DNA of 64,000 nt from Gordius albopunctatus (Eukaryota). The translations under genes were made by a program, and so were the position numbers. Below, piece by piece: positions 27,701-39,700 of the stretch. Location of the stretch: positions 4,464,001 through 4,528,000 of the forward strand of contig OZ193909.1 in the NCBI GenBank assembly GCA_964276515.1. Direction: 5' to 3'. Below the pieces are notes generated by a model. The model was not told the DNA's origin, searched no databases, and saw only the letters and a list, made by a program, of their open reading frames with translations. Numbering within the stretch: position 1 is the first letter of the stretch; each line of letters opens with the position of its first letter.

Positions 27701-30700
27701 ATATATGTATAATCACATATTTCATTTTAAATTGATATTACAAATCCAGTTTTAAACAATTCAACACCATGTTTTCCTTCGGTTTTTTTACAAACATTAT
27801 ATCAAAATCTGCTTAAAACATTACTTTTAATGTGAAAGTTTGAATATTTTTCCAGTTGTAAGACGCGAGAATATCCTTGGAACTTATCTTCAACGAGCAT
27901 AGTAATCGTTTATCACAACGAAGCATGGACTACGTTGCTGAGAAATTTGCACAGCATTATCAATCGGACCCCAAAGGAACTCCTAACGGAAATAATTTTG
28001 GTCGACGATTGCAGTGATAGACGTAAGAGCAATAAAATAACTTTTGCCTAAATTTATCAAATTCCATAAATTATATAAAAATATTTAAGTTTATACCAAA
28101 ATGATTTTCATCTATTTTTAATTTATGTGTAGGAAATACAAAGTGCGAAATCTAAGCGTAATACTATTTTACTAAACATTTAAATTTCTCTACCCTTCTT
28201 CGATTACCAAGATATAGGATAAATATCGCAGCATAGTGTTTGATGCATGTAACTAGAACGCTTGGAGATGATTGCAATAATTATAATTGATATTTACGTT
28301 TCAAGGTGATATAAAAGTAATATAATATATTCACAATCAGAATTCTATAATTAAATTTCTATCCATTGACAATTTTTCTATTTAAAAAGTTCAACTATGC
28401 AAAAGATCAGGCATGTGAAATTAGTGTTAAGAAGTGAGTGATAAGGTTGGATTGATGCAATAAATAGAGTGAAAGTTACTCACTAGAGTTTCTAATGCCT
28501 ATTGTTTATACACCTGCATCTTGCCAATCATCTTTTACATCATTTCACCTTCACCTTTTAACTTATTCTTTAAAGCTGGACCCCTATGGCGAGATTTATA
28601 AAATTTCCCTTAACCCTATTTATTTTTATTCACATCAAGAACTGGTAATAACTAATATCTATATAATAAATCCCATTAATTTTTCCAACAATTATTTACA
28701 TTAGCACACCTGTTTAGACCGTTGGACGATTACCTATTAACTTTGAGAGACAAAGTTTACATTCACGTAATACGACTCAAAGAGAGAATGGGTTTGATAA
28801 AAGCCAGAATTATAGGGGCGGAAAAAGCGAAAGCCCCCATTTTAACTTTCCTAGACGCGCATTGCGAAGTTAGTGTTGGCTGGTTGGAACCGTTGCTTGC
28901 CGAAATTTATTACGACAAGTCAGGACATGTATTATTTTCGTGAATTTCATTGACATATAATAATTTTGAAAGGCCTGTATTGTGGTAAATGTGATATCAT
29001 ATTTGTTGTTAACAAGTGGTTCGTAGGGGCAAATGGTTCAGTAAGGCAGGCACAGGGGTCTAGCTCCATGAAACAAAATAAGTAATGGAGAGGAAATCCA
29101 AAATATATTGATGAGTGAGCGAATGGGCTAGGTGAAAAACAAGTGAATAGATTAAATAAATAATCTTGTTGTATAGCGATTGGGGCAACAATATTGATTG
29201 TGGGGATGATGTTATAAAGTGAAAACAAATGGTCGCAGCAAAAGGCGCTGAGAAAAATAGATAATAATACAAGGATGTAAATATGGCATTTAGCAAAACA
29301 TGTATAGAGTTAATAGGAAATAATGGAGAGTAGTAGATGTAGACATAGTATTTTATAGGCGAGTGTGCATGGGCGTAGCGAGCATTGAGATTAGAGGAGG
29401 GGGGCAATAATGATTTAGGAAGGGGCAAAATGATCCATTTTAAAAATTTTAGCCATAATTTTAATAAATTTTAACAAATAATGATCATAAGTGAGGAGAG
29501 GTTGAGGTTTAAAAGTTAATGTTGGGTAACATAGTAAAATAACAAATTAAATAATCTGGTGGTTTTTGCCGAGTTCGTGCCTAGCGTGGGTTCGGGTCAT
29601 AAAGCAAAACCCGCCCGAAGCCGATTTATTAATTTATTTGAGCTTATTACGGGCTTCGGCAAGGGTCAGAGCATTGTAATTTGGGGTGCATGGGGCGAAA
29701 ATGTCTTTCCAAGTGAAATCCTAATTTAAGGGGTAGACACTTTTGCCAGGGATCAGGGTAGAGCCGTTGGGTTGCACCCTTCCTTCCAACGAAGAGTCAG
29801 ACGGCTCTAAAACGGACGGGGAAATAGATTTTTTAAAAGCGACCTGGATATATGAATTTACTTTTTCGTGCATGATCTATTTAAAAAGGCGTGCCTTGAG
29901 TAGACGTCTTGGGAGCAATTGTAGTAGTAAAATTCTTTAGAATAGGGAATTACCTGTCTAAGGGTGATGGAGTATGACTGCTCAGGGTCCTTTAATCTCA
30001 ATCCAGAAAATGAACTAGGATAAGCTTCTAGCCGTTCGTGACCCAATACATCAAAAACTAAAGATTTTAGGTTGATATTCTGGCGAGCGTTGCTGTTCGA
30101 TAAGAGGTAATCAATAAAGCGCGATACGAAGCCGACATCCCTATTCTTTTGTCTTAAGGATGATGGTAAGAGGGTTTCCGGATTGACGTTGGCAGACCAG
30201 ACATTGAGCGCGAGAACAAAAGATGGGCCCTTTCTTGGTATAATTAATCAGTCGATTAAAACATGGGCGGATTTATGAGAGATAAAGGCAGCCAATGAGA
30301 TAGAGGCAGTTGGGCATATGCCTAAACCACATGCTTTAGTGGGTAATAAAACTTGGAGCCAGGAGGAAGTGTTGAATTTAATTTTTAATAGTATTGTTTC
30401 CAGAGAACCTTTCATAAAGCTACATAGCTTTTTAAAAGAGGAACCAAAACAGTGTTCAAATTTGAAGATATTGAAATAATTTTTATGCGACGGTCCCAAG
30501 TCCGTGTAAAAAGTGGAGGGTCGGCGTCAGGTCGAAAACCGGCTATCAAAGCCAACTCCACAATGATAGTTTTAAACAAAATTTTACAACAAAAAGCTAG
30601 GGCGTCATCCACAAATGACGCCCACTGCATACCCCGCTAGTGCGATATGAACAATACACTAAGGTTACTGCTTAACTCACAACGAAGGCGGTTAAGGAAA

Positions 30701-33700
30701 TTAGTTGCCTGAAAAATGCGAATAACGTGCTGGAATGTGGTAACATTGAAGGGAAAGAGAGTCAAAGTCACACAGATGCTAAAAAGAAGAAAGGTACACT
30801 GCGCCTGCTAACTAGAGACGAAGTTAAACGGAACCAAAGCGCACGGAAGTTAGGAGAAGAATACAAACAATTCTAAAGTGGGTCACCAAATCGTAGAGGG
30901 TCAGTATCGTTCTGAGCAATTCGGTCAAGGATAAGTTCGCCGAAGTCAAGCGTTGTTCAGACATGCTAAAGTGGGTGAAGATTGCCTATTAAGAAGGCCT
31001 CCTAACCATTATGTGCGCGTAGAGTTTTGCACATCTAGGTTCTCCAATAGGCGACCAATCCGCCTTAAAAGAGTTTCTACAGAATAATTTATCGAATCTA
31101 ATTTCAAAGATGAAACTTCTCAATACCCTCTTTAAACAATCTTCTCTTTCTTCTTTATCAATTATTTGGTCCCACAGTCGTGGGGTTTGTTTTTATAAAG
31201 TTTCTTCCATCTTCACCGAGTAAGTGTCATGTCTTGACTAATATCCTTTGTTTAACTTTATCGACTTCTCCTTTCCACGTGACACTAAGTCACCCTCTTC
31301 CTCTCTTCCTCCGTCCTTTCATGTTCAGTAGTTCGATTTGCATCATTCGTCTCCCTTCTTAGTATAAGCCCATACCACCTTAGCTGATTTTCGTTAATCA
31401 TGTCCGCTATAGGTTGAATTAGAGACCTGCACGGCCCGGCTTTTGCTTGGTCTGCCCGCCCGCTTCAAAAATTTCTAGGCCCGGGCCCGGCCCTGGCCCG
31501 CTGAAAAAAGAAAAATTTGGCCCGGGCCCGGCCCTAAACAATTTTTGCAAAACCCAGGCCCGGGCGGGCCCGTAGAAAATTTTTTTTTTGCAAATTTTTA
31601 AACGATTGTTATTTTTTTATTAAAAAGTTAAAAAATATCATTTTGTGTTAATCCAAAAGATGTAAATTTATTTTGAATTTCACTTTTTATGTTTTCTCCA
31701 CTTTTTTTTCATATGGAAATTGTGAGGTAAATAGTATCCTTTTTATAAGTTTTTCATTAATATAATGAATGCTCAACGTTATATGAGTTTTTTGTATAAA
31801 CCTTTTTGCACATAAGATACTATTTCTGGTAATATCTGTTTCCTTATGGCATCAGCAGACTGGCTAACATGTCTGGCTATAGTAGTTGGATCAGGAAAAA
31901 TTTCTTTAACATTAACTTGCCCTGGTGTTACATTATTTATTAAAAACTGGCAAGTCTTGAAATCCTTTTTTGCCAAAAACTTCAAATGGTCTTAAATCTT
32001 TGGCACAAAATTTTATGGCTTCATCAATTACTTTGGTTTTTAAAAGCTTTGCTTTTTTCGTACCCATTGCTGAAACATATTGATCCATTGTTCCAGATGT
32101 TGATTCAACACTACATTTGTGTCGTTTGAGGTGGAAGGTACTATAAGAGGGTTGATAGGACAGATATTTTTTGCAAGTTTTGCAGATGCACACCCTAGCT
32201 TGGTTATTGTTTTCGTCCAAGAGGATATCAAACCTTTTCCATACATCACTCTTTAAGTTATGATTCAATTAGATTTTAAGATCTTTAGCTTTTCTTTTGG
32301 TAGCATTATTTAATTCTTCCGACATGTGTAATGTACTATAAGGAATTTGTTTAGATAAGAAAAACGTTATTTTACAATTTAAAACAATGTTAAAAATAAT
32401 CATAAAAATACTTGTTGTAAAATGTAGCTGTAGTTTACTTTGCTGAATATTCAAGTCTTACTTATAAAGTATCAATTCAAATTAAATTTCGCTGTACTTT
32501 TTGTAAATGTATGAAGGAAAAAGGAAAAGTAAGTGTGTTTGTGTGCGTATTAGGACACAAAAAAAATAAATTTAAATTAATAAAAAAACAGTTTAAATAT
32601 AGTTTGTCTTTGTTTAAGTTGTAATTATTTTAAGGTATTTATTACGAAACAAATAAAAAATTAACTATTTTGCAACGAGCTTTTAATGGGCCTAGCTAAA
32701 TCTAGGCCCGGCCCGCTTGATTTGTCGGCCCGCCCAAGCCCAGCCCGTTGTTTTTTTAAGTCCAAAGCCCGCCCATACCCGGCCCGCGGGCCGGGCCGGG
32801 CCGTGCAGGTCTCTAGGTTGAATAACAATTTTTGTCATGAGAAAGTCATTGGTCATATGGTCAAGCTTAGTATATCTCAAGCTACATTGTATCATTCTCC
32901 TCTTTTAAGCTTATAGTTTTTCCTTCGTGAAGTTTAATGCCCATGTTTTACTTCCATAGAGTTTGATTTGCAAGCTTTGCTCTTCAACCATATTAGCATT
33001 TTCTTGTCGCTCATTACACAGGATATACTTCGCCATTTAAGCCATTGGGCGTTGACTTATGTTGCGCAACCTCCCTTTTGTTGTGGCTAGAGATGTAAAG
33101 TTGCTATTATGCTCCAACTTGAACGGATCATAATAGCTACCATATGTGCTTGGACGCATAAGCTCTGTCATCAAGAGGGGTAAAATGCTTAAGAGGTTAA
33201 GTTGTAACAGCAAATACAAACTCAAGCAGAAGGAATGAGGCGGGATGAACAACTTTAAATAAAAGTAGTTTTGTGCGAGCAATTGCTGATTAGCAAGCTG
33301 CTCATCCATTTTGCTCAACGAATGTGTTAATTAATTATGTGACATATCGCAATTAATCTGCTCAGCAAATGTGTTGGAATGGTGGAAAATGAACGAGACA
33401 CGCTTTCCTGCACTCAGGAAAATGGCTAGAGACTATTTAGGGCAGTCCACAACTTCAGTTCCGGGTGAACGAATGTTTTCTTTGGCAGGAAATATTTTTA
33501 CAGCTAGAAGAAATCGTTTGTCCTCAAATACGATTACCCAAATTATGTGTGTAAAGTCTTGGGGAAATGTTAATTTAAAATAATATTACTTGTAATTTAT
33601 GTGTATTTTTGGTGACATTTAATAAAATAATAATACTGATTTGGTGTCAATACTTTAATTTGAACTAAAAACAGATATAAGACATCTAAATCAAATATAT

Positions 33701-36700
33701 GTAAATAAAATAAAAATATTTTTGCCATGTTTTAAACAATAAATTTCAAAATCTTTTGCCAAAAAAATATTACATTCTAACCTGGCTTAAAAGGCCATAT
33801 TAAAAATGTCAAAAAATTTATTAGCATTTGGGTGAGACAGAAAATTAAAAAATTTATAATGCCAAAAATTTTCATGTATAAAAAAAAATTTTAATATCAT
33901 TAAGTTATTTTTTTAGCCATATATAAAGGATATTCTATAAAGCGAAATTTCCCACTTTTCTAAAAATATTATTAAATATAAATTTAGAAACATTAAGTCA
34001 TATTTAGAATGTCAAAAAAATATTTATACAATAAAATATAATTTCGCCATTTATAAAAAAAATATTTTTAAAAATCATTTTAGATATATATAATTATATT
34101 CGAAAAAAATATTAGTTCGTACTTTTAATAAAATTTTAACATTTACACCTGTTCTTAAAAACGATAAAATATAAAGTTAAACCATATTAAAATTGTCAAA
34201 CAGATTATTACCACCTGGGTGAGACAGAAAATTAAAAAATCTTACGCCTATTCAAATAGCCACAATAATTGTTGAACAACAGAATGTACTGTGTTAAAAC
34301 TAAGGACGCTTTAATGAGAACATTATGTTATGAGCAGTTTAGATAACATGCTTGCTCATAGCATTTGCTCATATGAAATCAGTTATTCAATTTATAATGC
34401 TGCTCAGGCAGACAGCTCTATACATGAGTTACTTTTTGCTACTACCCCTTCGCCTCTCGAGCATTGTCATCTAGTACATCAACAGCCTCATGAGTAGAGT
34501 AGGATACACAGTGCGTGTGAGGGAGCAGAGCTCACAGTGAGCAATGCTCATTGGAGCAAATCACCATCACTAGTTGTAGCATCGAGGTATGTAAACCTGT
34601 CTACTTAGGTTACTTTAGATGGTGATCCAGCGATGGGGTGCTTGTAGCGTTTATCTCCATGTTTACCGTTTTTCGATCGCTGACCTTTAAACCATATCTA
34701 GAGCTAAGCTCTTTGGCTACTTTTCGACTTCATCGAATACTTTATCCTTATTTTCTTAGCATATCACTATATCATCGGCATATGGCATACATTCCGGCGA
34801 TGGCTTTTGAATGTATTTCATTATCGTGTCCATATTTTATTAAATAAAAATGGACATAGAGCAGATATTTGAAAGGTTTTGTCGTTCTAACGCACGAATT
34901 GTATGGCTCATATAAACCGTATATATGCGTCAACGATATTTTGTTTTCCTCAGGCACCACTATATCAAATAGCGAGGTACCGTGTCCTAAAATTTTACCA
35001 TGTCGATAACGACCATAATTAGGTCTCTCATTTTTTCACCACATTTATCCATTATTTGTCTTAGTGCGACGATTGTGTCGATTGTGGATTTCAAACATAG
35101 GTAATCCATCTCGGCCTTTAGCTTTTTTTTTGGCTTCTTGTTTATTTGTGTCTAACTTTATTCCCCTGAAAGAGTTCGACCATACTTTTGTTTGGCTCAA
35201 TATCGGGAAGGGAGTCTTTATAATTTGCAATATTCTAAAGTTACTTAAAATATCCTTTACACATTCCCATCACTTTCTTCAGCTGAAATAAGGTTTGACC
35301 GTTCTCGTTTTTGATTATTGTAAAAACTCCGACATCTCGCGGCTTTTCTTCTCCATTATTTTTGTCAAATTGTATTTAAGCCTATCGTCCCTTTATGGTC
35401 CTGTTTTTTTTTGCCATTTTGGTATACGGGGAATTATTCGTTATTCCAACGGTATTTTTTGCGGCTCTCTTTGCCTCCCTATACTCTTGATAATCCTCCG
35501 TCTTTTTGATTTATGCCACCGTCTATAAGATTTTCCTTTCTTTCAATGAAATTCATAACCGAATGATCCCTATACTATAGTTCCCTATTCATAGCTTTGA
35601 CTCATTAGGTCTATCCTAGAACTCGAATCGCTGTTTTCTTTATGTCCTTAGTTAGCGTCTCCTAACCGCTGTATACGTCCCTTTGCAACTTCCTTGCACC
35701 CAAGAGTAAGGAGGCTTTATGATATTTACCGTTCGTCGCCGGATCCTTTAGCGTTTTGTATCAAATTCGAGGCTCATAAACCCTCCTTTTTTCGAGAAAT
35801 ACTTTTCTTTCAAGATCCATCACAAGTGGACGATGTTGCCTGGCGTTTTTTTTGTACGGTATTACTTTGCAATCCTTTATACTTCATAAGTCCTTTTGGG
35901 GTATGAGCGGATAGTCAATTTGACTAAAATACTTCCCACTTATAAGTCACAATATGATCTTCGCGTTTTTGAAAATAGGTATTAAAGGACGCCATATCGC
36001 GTGCATCTGATACTTTGAGAAGGTTCTCCCTTCTTTGTTCTTCAGAATATGCCCATAGCCTCCATGATTTCGTTCGTACCTGAGGCAATCTTTCGCTACG
36101 TGAGCGTTGAAATCTGCCCCAATAATTAGCTTTTATTCCTGTCCTATTTCATGTTTTTCCATTTTAATAGAGCGAAGAATATGTCTTTCTCTGATCTCAT
36201 ACACCCTTGCGGTTAGGATGCCCCCTTGATGTTGGTTCCGTTTATCTCGTCTTTAGTAGGCAGTCGATGTGTACCTATCTTTTTTTTGCCTTTTGTGCGA
36301 CATCGTCGCTCTTTCCCGTCAATTTTCACATTCCAGCACGTTATTCGCATTCTTTCCACAACTAATTTCCTTAAACGCCTTTGTTGTGAATTTGGCATTA
36401 ACGCTAGTGTATTTTTCATATCGCAGAGCGCAGTAAGCAATGCGCGTCTTTTGTGGAGGACGCCCTAGTTCTGTTTTATAATTTTGTTTGAAACTATCAT
36501 GATTATGAAGTTTGCTTTGATAGCCGATTTCTGACCTAACGCCAACCCTCCACGTTTTGCACACGGACTTCAAACCGCCTAAAAATTATTTCAATATCTC
36601 CAAAATTCAACACTGCATTTGTTCCTCATCTTATTTTTAACTTCCTGCCGGATATAATACTAAAAATCAAATTTTGTGATTCTTCTTGGCTCTAAGCCTC

Positions 36701-39700
36701 ATTACCCACTAATGCAGGCTGCTTGGGCATACACCCAGCCGCCTCAATTTTATTGTCTACCTTCATCTCTTCGTAAAATCCGCCCATATTTTAATCGACA
36801 GATTTTCCCCAAGCGAAGACCCATCATTTGTACACGTCTAAATATCTGGTCTGCCAACGTCAAACAATGAACCCTCTTCTCCTCATCCTCAAGACAAAAA
36901 GATTGAGATACCGTTCTCACTTCGTGCTCCGTTGATTACTTCTTATAAAGCAGCGACGGCCGCCAGCACTTAAACTTAAAATCTTTTTTCACCGATGGGG
37001 TCACGAATGGCTACAAGCTCATCCTTTTAACTTTCTGAATTAAGATCGGACAACCTGGAGCTATTATAATTCATCGCCATAAGACTGTAAATTCCCTATT
37101 CTTAAGAATTTTTCTCCAGCAACTGCTCCCAGCAGGTAGTTAATATATTTAAATACACCATGTACGAAAAAGTAAATGTTTTTATCCGGGTCGCTTTAAA
37201 AAAGCTAATACCCCGTCCGTTCTAGAGCCGTGGGACCCTTTGTTAAAAGGAAGGATGTAACCCAACATCTCTACACTAATCCCTCTCAAAATGGTCTACC
37301 CTTTAAACGGGATTTCACTCGTATAGAGATATTTGCCCCGTCCAACCAAAATTACAATGCTTCAACCCTTGCCGAAGCCCGTAAAAGGGCCAAATAACAG
37401 TCCTCCTATTTTCAACTATTTTTACCCCTATTTTTGCCTTAAGCTTTGAGAATTTTGAACCACCCGCCATTATACTTTTTAAAGAAATCAACCGGCGCTT
37501 CCCTGTCTCTAAATATTCCATCAACCTTTTTCTTAAACAAAAAAGGTATTTTAGACGCAAAGTATAAATTTAAATCCCTGGCCGACAGCTGGCCGTTTTT
37601 AACGGATGATACATGCGACGCTTTTGAATTATGTTATTTATTGTCAAATACCCACTTTTAAATATATTTTCCATTTGTATAATTGTTTCTACATCGAATA
37701 AACAAAATTTAATCTTAAAAAAAGTTGAAATTTTGCTATTGGAAACATTTGAAAACAATACAGGTCGATTTGAATATTTATCTCGTCTGTTATTGATAAA
37801 AATTATGGCATACCAAATACCATCAAGCAAAAGCGACAAGTTGTATATATATAGGTTATGTTTTCGAGACAAATGCTGGGTATACATTTTAGCTTTCATT
37901 TTCTTATAGCTAATAATTTCGTCAGTTTTATCATGGTTGATGATGTTAAATACCTAGTATACCATTCCCAATATTCTTTAAAGTAATCAATTACTGTCAA
38001 TCCTGCGTAATTAAATTGGTTGTGGTGTTTAGGTTAGAATTAAAATGAGTAGACGGAAATGGACATCTTTAGGAAATATATCTTGCTGAGGTTTTTTTTA
38101 AATATGTATTCGATGGGTTTACTAAGTATTTATCTTCGATCAAAAAGACATTTTATAAAGCATCGGTAGTTTATCATCAAATTTTGTTTATAAAGTTTTA
38201 ATTGGAATCTTATAAGCATTTATTCGTTAATATCATGATAATCATAGATTTTGATATATAATTTTACCGCTTAAAGAACTCGGGTCGTTAGTCCAGTCAT
38301 AGATATAATTCACGCAAACAATTTTGCCTACCTAGTCGGCTCTGACATATCGATTGGTGCCTTCGATTGGTCCTTCAATTTTAGGTGGTACGAGTGCTCT
38401 CAAAGAGAAATTGATAGGAGAAAAGGGGATACTAGTCTCCCTATGTGGTAAACTAACTGTTATATTTATATCCTCGTGCCCCACCCTGAAGCATGTTAAA
38501 TTAAAGATTTTTAATTAAGCCCATAAGTTTGGCCAAACATTTAAGAAGTAGACAATCAATTTTTTCCCAAATTTTCAATATGTTTTTTAATGTGATGAAT
38601 TTTAATGTAAAGAAATAAACCTTATCATGAACCTTATGCAAGTTCTCTATGAATTATGATTAAAGATGTGGCCCATGGGAGAATCAATATTAAGACAAGC
38701 TCTCCTTGTTGTATTAAGAGTTAATAATATAATATTCTATTGCCTCAAAACTTATGGGTTTGTTAATCTTGAAATATAATATTTCTCTCCTTGTCAGCTG
38801 CTGATAATTTGAGCTACCCGTTTATCAAAAAATATTATTCTTACCAATCTAAATGACTACAATACGGTTAGTTTGGCCGGGACTACACTCTTATTAACTT
38901 TTTACATAATATTCTGTCCAAAAGTGATGACAAAATAAGCGTTTAGTAAAAGAATTTTTTTTAAATATTGTGTTATGAATTTAATATGCACAAGATAATA
39001 CTATTATATTGCTTTTAAATTTTATTAGGACTCCCACTATAGCAGGTGGGCTATTCTCCATTGACAAAGAGTACTTTAATACACTCGGCGCTTATGACAC
39101 TGGTATGGAAGTGTGGGGAACCGAAAATTTAGAAATTTCTTTTAGAGTATGTTAATGGAATATATATGCCAATTTATAGAAAAATTCAGTAAAAACATAT
39201 TATAACGGATAAAAAAGTTGCATTAAACATTTGTGAGATCGGTTGTAGTTTAATTTCATTTGCCTTCTTTGCATGCAATATATTGCCCGAATAAAAACCG
39301 TATCAAATTTAAAGTTTTAGGCTTTGTAGGTTTGTGGAAAAAAAAATTTATTCCCAATTAACACTCATATATTATTTAAACTAATACATTAAAAAGTCAA
39401 ATGTACTAAGAATATTTACGAACAAAATATAAAGGTGTGGATGTGTGGTGGCACGTTAGAAATAATTCCTTGTTCAAGGGTCGGCCACATATTTCGTGAT
39501 AAATCGCCTTACGTCTTCCCCGGAGGAGCTAGTAATATCATTTTTAAAAATCAAAGGCGCCTCATCGATGTATGGTTGGATGAATGGAAAGATTTCTACT
39601 ATAGGATAAATCCAAGTATATATATTTTACCATAAACTTAGAATGTCGACTTTAAACAGCCTTTTATTAAGGGGTTAAAATTGACAATGTTTAAAGCGCA

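Larger units (their letters stand above)
31230..36571 (-). mobile_element. Decayed near-full-length RTE LINE (same family as 57952-60877) split by two hAT insertions
   Basis: 5' leader at 36571. Remnants [14 protein letters not shown] (34580-34615) joining across the hAT to [26 protein letters not shown] (32970-33087), and [11 protein letters not shown] (31330-31400). Confidence 0.8.

Noticed and set aside
34638..37909. Cluster of 60-110 aa ORFs
   Set aside because: Chance frames within decayed RTE and CRE sequence and AT-rich intron.
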